From: a virus
Taxonomy: Duplodnaviria > Caudoviricetes
IMG/VR virus record: IMGVR_UViG_3300048854_000110
Location: 1-25,775 of that record
Direction: 5' to 3' (one strand)
Length of the DNA stretch: 25,775 bases
In this document: one piece after another, positions 8,691 to 15,142 of the stretch
Numbering within the stretch: position 1 is the stretch's first letter
How the letters are laid out: every line of letters starts with the position of its first letter
Program-made: the position numbers and the translations under genes
Notes under the pieces: generated by a model
What the model saw: only the letters and a program-made list of their open reading frames with translations
What the model was told of the DNA's origin: nothing
Database searches by the model: none

Positions 8691-8857
8691 GCTGCTGCCT
8701 TCCTTTCCTCTTCCGCGTTGCATCGGCATTCGCTCTCTGACTTGAAACAAAGCATGCAGTCGTAAACCTCAAGGCCGTCGTCTTCTGGATCGTCCGAGGC
8801 ATTTGTATTGGCGAGGTCGTACTGATACTCCAGATAGTCAAGGGATGGGCCGATCAT
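8687..8857 (-). CDS. 56-aa acidic protein with CxxC...CxC
   Basis: Not in the ORF track. MIGPSLDYLEYQYDLANTNASDDPEDDGLEVYDCMLCFKSESECRCNAEEERKAAA; ATGA overlaps at both ends. Confidence 0.72.
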   Translation of the reverse strand: MIGPSLDYLEYQYDLANTNASDDPEDDGLEVYDCMLCFKSESECRCNAEEERKAAA

Positions 8858-9045
8858 GCTGCCACCTGCTTCTTCTCCGCTCGTGCGATGGCGCGGGTGA
8901 TGTGAAGGCGGGCGCTATAGAGCTCGGCCTCAAGGTCCTCGTCCTGCCGGTCGGCAATGTGGGAATCGATCAATTTCTGGATTACCTCAAGGGCTGATGG
9001 CAGAAGGTAGCGGGGAAGCTTCGGGGTGAATGTTGGTTCAGGCAT
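8854..9045 (-). CDS. Hypothetical protein
   Basis: AAAGGAG RBS, TAATG coupling with the regulator gene. Confidence 0.75.
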   Translation of the reverse strand: MPEPTFTPKLPRYLLPSALEVIQKLIDSHIADRQDEDLEAELYSARLHITRAIARAEKKQVAA

Positions 9046-9332
9046 TACAGGTCTCCTTTTGCAGGAATTTTTTTGCGGGACACAGTTAGGCCAATTTCCG
9101 TAACAACTAAATTGCGGAACTTGCCGGGGGCCTGATCAAGAAGAGACTTCTGAATCAGCCGAGAAATCGTATGCCGTATAGTCGACTTTGAGCGCCGTGA
9201 TAGCTTAGCGACTTCATCGAAGGTGGGTGAGGCTCTATGCCGATTCACATAGTTGCGAATGGCGCGTAAAACCTGCATTTCCGCCTCAGAAATGGTTACT
9301 ATGCCGTTCACTTTTGCTCTTGTCTTCCTCAT
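9045..9332 (-). CDS. LexA-type winged-helix DNA-binding domain-only regulator (no S24 peptidase domain)
   Basis: SEAEMQVLRAI..Y......SPTFDEVA......KSTI...I.RL.QK.LL...PGK.R.L matches the LexA N-terminal domain; only 95 aa. Confidence 0.85.
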   Translation of the reverse strand: MRKTRAKVNGIVTISEAEMQVLRAIRNYVNRHRASPTFDEVAKLSRRSKSTIRHTISRLIQKSLLDQAPGKFRNLVVTEIGLTVSRKKIPAKGDL

Positions 9333-9340
9333 AGAAAGTA

Positions 9341-9369
9341 ACTATGAGGCATGCACACACCTGTGTCAA
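9341..9369 (-). promoter_or_regulatory. Leftward sigma70 promoter (PL-like)
   Basis: TTGACA (9369-9364), 17 nt, CATAGT (9346-9341). ATG follows 8 nt later with no RBS. Confidence 0.8.
9352..9366. promoter_or_regulatory. Operator B TGCACACA-N2-TGTGT
   Basis: Lies in the PL spacer; the same motif occurs at 11471-11485. Confidence 0.7.
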
Positions 9370-9382
9370 GAACAATTCTTGA
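9366..9382. promoter_or_regulatory. Operator A palindrome TCAAGAA-N3-TTCTTGA
   Basis: TCAAGAACAATTCTTGA overlaps the PL -35 box; identical arms occur at 11423-11439. Confidence 0.85.
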
Positions 9383-9447
9383 TAAACCAAGAGATTCTTA
9401 TGCACACAAGAAATTCACCCTAAGAGAAGGAAACCTCAAGAATAATG

Positions 9448-9476
9448 TTGAAAGTCGACTTACCCGGTGTTACTGT
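9448..9476 (+). promoter_or_regulatory. Rightward promoter for the peptide/7-TM cassette (PRM-like position)
   Basis: TTGAAA (9448-9453), 17 nt, TACTGT (9471-9476) with an extended -10 TG; degenerate operator A at 9436-9452. Confidence 0.7.
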
Positions 9477-9555
9477 TCAGATTCCATGACCACGAAGGCA
9501 ACTGTTCGAAGAAGGAATAATCAACTCCAGGCGCCATTGCGCTCGGAGAATACCT

Positions 9556-9726
9556 TTGAAAACTCAGTTGATTTTTGCTTTGGCTATCGTTCTTGGTCTT
9601 GGTTGTTTCGCTGTCGCAAAGCCTTCCGCTCAACACGCAAGCCTTACGACGACAAACGATGGAGTTCCGGTCCCGATGTGCAATCCCACCCAAGACAACT
9701 GCAACGCGGCAGGCGGACCGCGATAG
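9556..9726 (+). CDS. 56-aa secreted pre-peptide with C-terminal PxPxC-x6-C motif (candidate signalling peptide)
   Basis: Not in the ORF track. GGAGAA RBS at 9545-9550, TTG start; MKTQLIFALAIVLGLGCFAVA/KPSAQHASLTTTNDGVPVPMCNPTQDNCNAAGGPR. Confidence 0.88.
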   Translation: MKTQLIFALAIVLGLGCFAVAKPSAQHASLTTTNDGVPVPMCNPTQDNCNAAGGPR

Positions 9727-9750
9727 GCAGCGGCCTCCAATGGAGGCCAT

Positions 9751-10515
9751 GTGCTATCTAATTGGTGGATTACAGCGCTATCGACTATAGAGATCTGCGC
9801 GCTCTGCGCGGCGTTGATTGCAATGTCGCGCAGGCCTATAGTTCTTTATCGGTGGCCTTCTTTGTTTGCATCGCTTTTATTGGAATGCAGCAGGGACATC
9901 ATTCTGATGAGCTGGCTCTCGAGGCCGGGCCACTATAAGTCTTACTTTTGGGTTTACTGGGTCACGCAGGTGATACGGGCGATGTTGCGGCTATGGATCA
10001 TAGGCGACATCATGCGTTCTTTTCAGGGAATAGATTTTCTTCCATCGAAGATATATCTATTTGTCGGGGTAGCCGGCGCCACGATGGGACTGGCTTCCGC
10101 TTATTACTGCTTTCATTCTCCGGGGAAGCTGCCGGAGCAATGGATCAACTTGGCATTCATGCTCAATCAGTGCGTCAATGTTGGATGGTCGACGTTCTGC
10201 ATTGCTATCTTGGCAGCTATAAAACTAATCAACCTTGGCTGGAACCCATCAGGGGCTAAGGTGACAGTTGCTATTGTTATGCGCATCGTGGGCGATCTTT
10301 TGGTGGGGGAGATGTTTACTTCTCACTTCAGAATCATCCGCGTTTTGGGCAATTGCTTCGATTCGATTATGACGATCGGAGTATGCCTTATGCTGACTTG
10401 GTTATTCATCAACCCTTTGGCTGATGATCGGAGCAGGGTCGAAGATCCTGCCTCGGAAATGGTTAGACGAAGCGCAGCCATGTTGCTCGCCTTCGGAAAA
10501 AAGAGAGAGGGCTAA
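9751..10515 (+). CDS. Predicted 7-TM membrane protein (candidate peptide receptor)
   Basis: GGAGG RBS, GTG start, about seven hydrophobic segments by eye, short C-terminal helix, no enzymatic domain. Confidence 0.85.
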   Translation: MLSNWWITALSTIEICALCAALIAMSRRPIVLYRWPSLFASLLLECSRDIILMSWLSRPGHYKSYFWVYWVTQVIRAMLRLWIIGDIMRSFQGIDFLPSKIYLFVGVAGATMGLASAYYCFHSPGKLPEQWINLAFMLNQCVNVGWSTFCIAILAAIKLINLGWNPSGAKVTVAIVMRIVGDLLVGEMFTSHFRIIRVLGNCFDSIMTIGVCLMLTWLFINPLADDRSRVEDPASEMVRRSAAMLLAFGKKREG

Positions 10516-10523
10516 AGCCGACG

Positions 10524-11015
10524 ATGAGAGACATAATCATCGCGTTATCAGCAATACTTGTTTTAAAACTTCTGCCACAGAAAAAAGACTTCATGCTGAC
10601 CTGCGAAGAGATGAGCTTGCGAGCACCAAAAGGGCACTATGAAGATCTCTGCGAATACGGGACGGGAGGGTCCAAGTTTGACGACCCATCCTTCTGGATC
10701 GCGTCGGACGGCGTTCATGGGCTCAGAGATCGAATGGCCGTCTCGTACTTTTATCTGCGACTCGTTCAGAATCACCGCAAGCTTAGGACAATCGACCTAT
10801 CAGACAGCTATGACATATGGTCGAAACTGATTAGGCAGCTTTTCTATAGCATTCTGGCATTGCCAGAAGCAGCACTGGGCCATCTCTACCACACTCATTA
10901 CCGAGCAGCGCGCAAATCCGTAGCGCTCTATTGCGAATTGCTTATTCGGGCCAACACGCTGTGTTTCTCTGCATCTAATCGCTTGTGTCCCATAAATACC
11001 CCTGAGTTGTTGTAA
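10524..11015 (+). CDS. N-terminally anchored helical protein (candidate transducer)
   Basis: Starts 8 nt after the 7-TM stop; hydrophobic N-terminus IIIALSAILVLKLL. Confidence 0.8.
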   Translation: MRDIIIALSAILVLKLLPQKKDFMLTCEEMSLRAPKGHYEDLCEYGTGGSKFDDPSFWIASDGVHGLRDRMAVSYFYLRLVQNHRKLRTIDLSDSYDIWSKLIRQLFYSILALPEAALGHLYHTHYRAARKSVALYCELLIRANTLCFSASNRLCPINTPELL

Positions 11016-11031
11016 TATCAGGACTAAATCT

Positions 11032-11418
11032 ATGCCTAGCTACTCCAAAAGCACCCCAGACCTGCTCAAAAAGCGGCTGAGGGAGCTATATGAAGAACTG
11101 GCTTTGACATCTCCCCAGGTCATGCAGGAAATTCGCCTTATCGAAGGCCTTTTGAAGGCCACAGGCGAAGACTCTAGCCAGCCCTACGCCAGCATCACAT
11201 CCCCCTGGGATGCGATCGATACCTGCTTGACTTTGCGCGGTGACTGGAAGATGACTAAGGTGCAAATTATGGAAGAGATCTTGAACGGTGGATATCTTGC
11301 GTCCAAGCCCAAAGCATCCCGCGGTCTGCTCAATGACAGCCTCAACTACCACATCAAAAAAGGCTACCTCACGATGAAGGGTGAGCTCATTGGGCGCAAC
11401 CCTAAGAAGAATTCTTGA
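11032..11418 (+). CDS. Coiled-coil plus winged-helix-like protein (candidate repressor)
   Basis: N-terminal heptads, then DAI..CL......MTKVQIMEEI..GG...LNDSLNYHIKKGYL...GELIG. Its 3' end overlaps an operator. Confidence 0.72.
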   Translation: MPSYSKSTPDLLKKRLRELYEELALTSPQVMQEIRLIEGLLKATGEDSSQPYASITSPWDAIDTCLTLRGDWKMTKVQIMEEILNGGYLASKPKASRGLLNDSLNYHIKKGYLTMKGELIGRNPKKNS

Positions 11419-11439
11419 CTAATCAAGAATTCTTCTTGA
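11402..11439. promoter_or_regulatory. Tandem operator A sites
   Basis: CTAAGAAGAATTCTTGA (11402-11418) and TCAAGAATTCTTCTTGA (11423-11439), 21-bp period. Confidence 0.85.
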
Positions 11440-11464
11440 CATGATGTCTGAAGTAACCTAAGTT
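11436..11464 (+). promoter_or_regulatory. Rightward sigma70 promoter (PR-like)
   Basis: TTGACA (11436-11441), 17 nt, TAAGTT (11459-11464). Confidence 0.8.
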
Positions 11465-11497
11465 TGTCTCTGCACACAGTTGTGTGTTAGAGACAAA
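11463..11497. promoter_or_regulatory. Extended inverted repeat containing operator B
   Basis: TTTGTCTCT...CACACA-GT-TGTGTG...AGAGACAAA. Confidence 0.7.
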
Positions 11498-11829
11498 TGG
11501 CCCATTCCCGTAAAAACCCCGAAGCAATCAAGCGATATCCAGACGGTCGCATCCGATGCCGCACAAAGACGGCGTGGGAGAAGATACGCAAGATCGTGTT
11601 CGACCGTGAGGAGGGGTTGTGCGAGGGCTGCATGACTTGGGCACCCCTGCACAACACCGAGGATGCGTTTGCCGGTCACGCACACCACATCAACGGACGC
11701 AAGGAAGGGAACGATCATCCTGACGTCCTGAAGTGGCTCTGCGGTAGGTGCCATTCCAAGGCACACATTCCCGACAAAGTGGTGCCGGCCAAGCCCAAGT
11801 ATTCACTCCCATCAAGCGAGGTGGCGTGA
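11497..11829 (+). CDS. HNH endonuclease
   Basis: W.KIR..VFDREEGLCEGC...HAHHI.....G.D....L..LCGRCH..AH. Confidence 0.88.
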   Translation: MAHSRKNPEAIKRYPDGRIRCRTKTAWEKIRKIVFDREEGLCEGCMTWAPLHNTEDAFAGHAHHINGRKEGNDHPDVLKWLCGRCHSKAHIPDKVVPAKPKYSLPSSEVA

Positions 11830-12743
11830 TGGGAAGAATACGCACAATAAAGCCGGAGTTCCCGCAGTCCGAATCCATCGGTAGGCTCTCGCGGGATGCG
11901 CGGCTTCTTTTCATTCAACTCTGGACGATTGTCGATGATTCGGGTGTTTCTCGCGGAGCCTCGCGAATCCTCGCGAGCCTTCTTTACCCGTTCGATGACG
12001 ACGCGGTAAGCGGTATCGAGGCATGGATCGAAGAACTGGAAAGGGAAGGGATGGTGGTCCGTTATCAATCTGAGGGAACCACCTACATACAAATTATGAA
12101 CTGGTTGAAACATCAGAAGATAGACAAGCCAAGTCCTTCTAGACTTCCTCAATTCGCGAGCCCTCGCGAGGATTCGCGAAAGGTAGCGGCTGTACCTAGG
12201 ACCATGGACCTAGGACCGATACCACCTAAATCCGCCTGTGAGGCGGACGAGTTGAAAAAGTTCGAATCTGGATTGAAAAAGTTCGGTGGTGAAGGATCTG
12301 CGTCGCTCCATGTTTTCGCCGAAGAATTGCTCGCTGACGGAGGTTGGGAGGTTGTGCGGGAATACCCCGTAGCTGATCGTGGCGATGGGAGGAGAGGCAA
12401 GGTCGATCTCGTGGCGACTAAGAAGTTCCCGGACGGATCTCTGTCCTGGGCGATAGAGCTTGATTGGAAAACTCCCCGCGAAAAATCCCTTCACAAGCTT
12501 CAGCAGATCGACGCCACACGCATCGTGGTTCTGCGCGAAGGCCAAGCTGATTCCAAGGTGCCCAATGGTTTCTGTCTGATAAATATCAAGCCCGCCTTGG
12601 GTCAGCAAAGCATCCAGAAAATCCAACCAGGATTGTCGCCTCCCACACCACACCATGCATACCAGGAATCGGCAGAGACGCTAGGCTTCTGCGCGCAGTG
12701 CGGTTTCAGCAAGGATCACGAATCACACAGGGAGGCAGCATGA
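11829..12743 (+). CDS. Phage replication initiator-like protein with C-terminal PD-(D/E)xK-like domain and zinc module
   Basis: MGRIRTIKPEF...LSRDARLLFIQLWTIVDDSG...NW.KHQKIDKPS N-terminus; later REYPV...GKVDLVA...AIELD. Start in a TGATG overlap. Confidence 0.8.
   Translation: MGRIRTIKPEFPQSESIGRLSRDARLLFIQLWTIVDDSGVSRGASRILASLLYPFDDDAVSGIEAWIEELEREGMVVRYQSEGTTYIQIMNWLKHQKIDKPSPSRLPQFASPREDSRKVAAVPRTMDLGPIPPKSACEADELKKFESGLKKFGGEGSASLHVFAEELLADGGWEVVREYPVADRGDGRRGKVDLVATKKFPDGSLSWAIELDWKTPREKSLHKLQQIDATRIVVLREGQADSKVPNGFCLINIKPALGQQSIQKIQPGLSPPTPHHAYQESAETLGFCAQCGFSKDHESHREAA
11951..12180. repeat. Two triplets of TCGCG(A) at 10-bp period (candidate origin iterons)
   Basis: At 11951/11961/11971 and 12154/12164/12174; 11961-11977 is the exact reverse complement of 12163-12179. 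Confidence 0.65.
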
Positions 12744-13000
12744 TTCCAATTGGGAAAGTTTTACAGCGCGCCCGCGAATTGCAGGGCTTGAGCAGACCGC
12801 AGATGGCCGATCTCATCGGCGTAATTCGCCAGCAGGTTTACAAAGTCGAGGCCGGACATGCGAGCCCCAGTTTGGCCACGATTGAGAAGTTCTCCAACGC
12901 CCTTGGCATACCGGTCTGGCAGCTCATCAAGATCGCCCAAAAAGAAGAGTGGTTATCCCGCAAGCGCAGAGAGAAGTTTCTCTCGAAGGAGGCGGCGTGA
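12740..13000 (+). CDS. XRE-family HTH regulator
   Basis: R...GLSRPQMADLIGV.RQQVYKVEAG...PSL.TIEK...ALG; GGAGG RBS. Confidence 0.92.
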   Translation: MIPIGKVLQRARELQGLSRPQMADLIGVIRQQVYKVEAGHASPSLATIEKFSNALGIPVWQLIKIAQKEEWLSRKRREKFLSKEAA

Positions 13001-13167
13001 TGGGCAGACCGAGAAGTCCGGAAAGGGCAGAGCTGATGAAGAATTACTCGCTATCCAAGTCACAGCTTCACCGACTGAGCGGGAAGAAACTGGAGCAATT
13101 GAACGCATGTCAGAACGATGCGGCGAGGCGGCTGCTGCTAGGTGTTGGCAGAAAGAAGGCGGCATGA
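13000..13167 (+). CDS. Small basic hypothetical protein
   Basis: GGAGG RBS, TGATG coupling, MGRPRS start. Confidence 0.72.
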   Translation: MGRPRSPERAELMKNYSLSKSQLHRLSGKKLEQLNACQNDAARRLLLGVGRKKAA

Positions 13168-13319
13168 GGCGAGGCTATCAAGACGACTGCGGTTGCATCT
13201 ACTGCAAGGGCATTCGTCGTGACCGCGAACAGGACCGCAAGGAAGCTGAGCAATTCGAAATCGATAAACCAGCACTGGTTCGGATCGTGACGGAATGGAG
13301 GAAACGCCATGAAGCATAA
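13164..13319 (+). CDS. Small Cys-cluster hypothetical protein
   Basis: ATGA overlap; CGCIYC. Confidence 0.68.
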   Translation: MRRGYQDDCGCIYCKGIRRDREQDRKEAEQFEIDKPALVRIVTEWRKRHEA

Positions 13320-13434
13320 GAAGCCGCGCTACAGCCTTGTGGACTGCGATTGGTGCAGCACAGGCCTGGTTGAGCAGTGCGAGAAGTGCGGCGGCTCGGG
13401 CAGCATCCCGGTTGTGGAGAGGAAGACGTGGTGA
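13309..13434 (+). CDS. 41-aa zinc-finger microprotein (DnaJ-like CxxCxGxG)
   Basis: Not in the ORF track. GGAGG RBS; MKHKKPRYSLVDCDWCSTGLVEQCEKCGGSGSIPVVERKTW. Confidence 0.68.
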   Translation: MKHKKPRYSLVDCDWCSTGLVEQCEKCGGSGSIPVVERKTW

Positions 13435-14627
13435 TCTACGGATCTGTATGCAGCGGTATCGAAGCCGCAACTGTGGCATGGCATCCCCTAGGAATGAAGC
13501 CGGCTTTTTTCGCTGAGGTGGATAAATTCCCGTCTGCTGTCCTGAAACACCACTATGCTGGCGTCCCGAACGCTGGTGACTTCACTGCCATTGGAGCGAA
13601 CGACTATGAGCCAATCGACCTTCTGGTCGGAGGAACACCTTGCCAAGATTTCAGCGTCGCCGGTCTCAGAGCAGGAATGGACGGCAAGCGTGGTCAACTC
13701 ACAATCGAGTTCGCTCGACTTGCTGGCAGGCTCCGGCCTAGATGGCTGGTATGGGAGAACGTCCCCGGCGTCCTGTCAATTGATGGCGGACGAGCTTTTG
13801 GCCTGTTTCTCGGACAGTTGGGGAAACTCGGGTATGGGTTCGCCTACAGGGTTCTTGACGCTCAGCACTTCGGAGTTCCACAGCGGCGCCGTCGCGTCTT
13901 CGTTGTCGGACATCTTGGAGACTGGCGACGTGCCGCAGCGGTACTTTTTGAGCGCCACAGCCTGTCGGGGAATCCTGCGCCGCGCAGAGAAAAGGGGCAA
14001 GTCGCTCCCACACTCCCTTCGCGCCGCTCTGGAGGCGGTGGCCTCGGCGGAGACTTCGACTATGACGGTGGGCTCATTGCCAGTACTGGAGACATCGCTC
14101 ACTGCTTGAACGCTGGTGGTATGGGGCGTCAGGATTACGAGACCGAGACTCTCATAGCCCAAACTCTCACCAGCGGAGGAACTGGAGCGCGTGGCCATCT
14201 TGATCCAGTAAATACCACGCTGCTGCCGGTGGCCTTCGACTGCAAGCGCGGAGGTGAATCTGGAGAGGTATCGCCAACCCTACGCAGCATGAGCCACGAC
14301 GGAAGCCATGCGAACGCCGGTGGGCAGGTGGCAGTGGCATTCGATACCACCCAGATAACAGCACCCATATGCAGGAGTCAGCCCGCAGAGGGAAAGCCTT
14401 GCCACACTCTTTCTTCGCAGGCTCATCCTCCTGCAATCTTCGGGAGCATGGCGGTGCGCCGCCTAACTCCCCGCGAATGTGAACGCCTACAAGGCTTCCC
14501 AGACGACTACACGAAGATCAGCGACAAGACAGCCGATGGACCGCGCTACAAGGCTCTAGGAAACAGCATGGCTGTGCCGGTCATGCGATGGATAGGTGAA
14601 CGCATACAGATGGCGGAGGCAGCATGA
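13431..14627 (+). CDS. dcm: DNA (cytosine-5) methyltransferase
   Basis: Motif I SVCSGIEA, IV GGTPCQDFS, VI ENVPG, VIII QRRRRVF, IX RRLTPRECERLQGFP, X YKALGNSMAVP. Start GTG at 13428 or 13431. Confidence 0.96.
   Translation: MIYGSVCSGIEAATVAWHPLGMKPAFFAEVDKFPSAVLKHHYAGVPNAGDFTAIGANDYEPIDLLVGGTPCQDFSVAGLRAGMDGKRGQLTIEFARLAGRLRPRWLVWENVPGVLSIDGGRAFGLFLGQLGKLGYGFAYRVLDAQHFGVPQRRRRVFVVGHLGDWRRAAAVLFERHSLSGNPAPRREKGQVAPTLPSRRSGGGGLGGDFDYDGGLIASTGDIAHCLNAGGMGRQDYETETLIAQTLTSGGTGARGHLDPVNTTLLPVAFDCKRGGESGEVSPTLRSMSHDGSHANAGGQVAVAFDTTQITAPICRSQPAEGKPCHTLSSQAHPPAIFGSMAVRRLTPRECERLQGFPDDYTKISDKTADGPRYKALGNSMAVPVMRWIGERIQMAEAA
13606..14109 (+). CDS. Overprinted +1-frame protein inside the methyltransferase (M.EcoHK31I beta-subunit-like)
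   Basis: GGAG RBS at 13593-13596, ATG 13606; SLSDILE..VPQRYFLS..AC.GILRRAEKRGK.LP..L..AL. Confidence 0.65.
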   Translation: MSQSTFWSEEHLAKISASPVSEQEWTASVVNSQSSSLDLLAGSGLDGWYGRTSPASCQLMADELLACFSDSWGNSGMGSPTGFLTLSTSEFHSGAVASSLSDILETGDVPQRYFLSATACRGILRRAEKRGKSLPHSLRAALEAVASAETSTMTVGSLPVLETSLTA

Positions 14628-14932
14628 CCCCAGAAGGCGAGCTCAAGGCCGAGGTGAACGAGTACCTGAGAGATTCGGGCCGCTTCTTTCTTCGCATGCA
14701 GAGCGGCCGCGTCAAGGTGAAGAGGGGGGTTATGCATCTCTGCCCAGAAGGAACTGCTGATTACCTAGTTTGCTGCCCAGACCCGCGCTGGATCGAGTTG
14801 AAGGCGCCCGGAGCAAAGACCAAGAAGGAGCGAGCAGAGAAACAGCAAGAATTCGCGGATAGGGTCATAGCCCTCGGCCACAAGCACCTGACGGCGGAGA
14901 CGTTGGATGAAGTGATTGATTTTGTGAAGTAA
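14624..14932 (+). CDS. VRR-NUC domain nuclease / putative junction resolvase
   Basis: E..L...V..YL, GTAD, WIELK.PG, KQQEF.....ALG motifs. Confidence 0.88.
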   Translation: MTPEGELKAEVNEYLRDSGRFFLRMQSGRVKVKRGVMHLCPEGTADYLVCCPDPRWIELKAPGAKTKKERAEKQQEFADRVIALGHKHLTAETLDEVIDFVK

Positions 14933-14950
14933 CTGCCTTGGAGGGAACAC

Positions 14951-15142
14951 ATGAGATGCACCGAATGCAATTCGATCGCGCTTAGGTTAGGGACAAGGGG
15001 CCGAGCATACTGCGGAGCTCATGAAAACAAGGCATGGGAACAGGCCAAGGAAGACGGGGCTCATAAGTCGAGGATGGCAGACATTCGATCGGCTGAAGAG
15101 AGAGACAACTTCTTCCATGAGCGAATGCTGAGGGCCGTATGA
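14951..15142 (+). CDS. Small zinc-binding hypothetical protein
   Basis: GGAGG RBS; CTEC...YCGAH. Confidence 0.75.
   Translation: MRCTECNSIALRLGTRGRAYCGAHENKAWEQAKEDGAHKSRMADIRSAEERDNFFHERMLRAV

Noticed and set aside
9556-9606. Lipoprotein reading of the peptide (LGLGC)
   Set aside because: Gly at the -3 position fits the lipobox poorly and the AVA SPase I site fits better; not fully excluded.
9351-9790. Track ORFs 9351-9761 (+), 9575-9790 (+) and 9460-9750 (-)
   Set aside because: They overlap promoters or the peptide gene and lack an RBS or protein-like composition. The 9556-9726 frame has an RBS and a clear signal peptide.
9751-10515. Microbial rhodopsin or histidine kinase
   Set aside because: No retinal-binding Lys in the last helix, and no H-box or ATPase domain in this or the adjacent genes.
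9556-11418. Arbitrium or Rap-Phr system; RiPP biosynthetic cluster
   Set aside because: No TPR receptor and no modifying enzyme or transporter nearby; the neighbouring protein is an integral membrane protein.
13431-14932. Restriction-modification pair (dcm plus adjacent nuclease)
   Set aside because: The 102-aa nuclease is a typical stand-alone phage VRR-NUC, so the methyltransferase is best read as an orphan.
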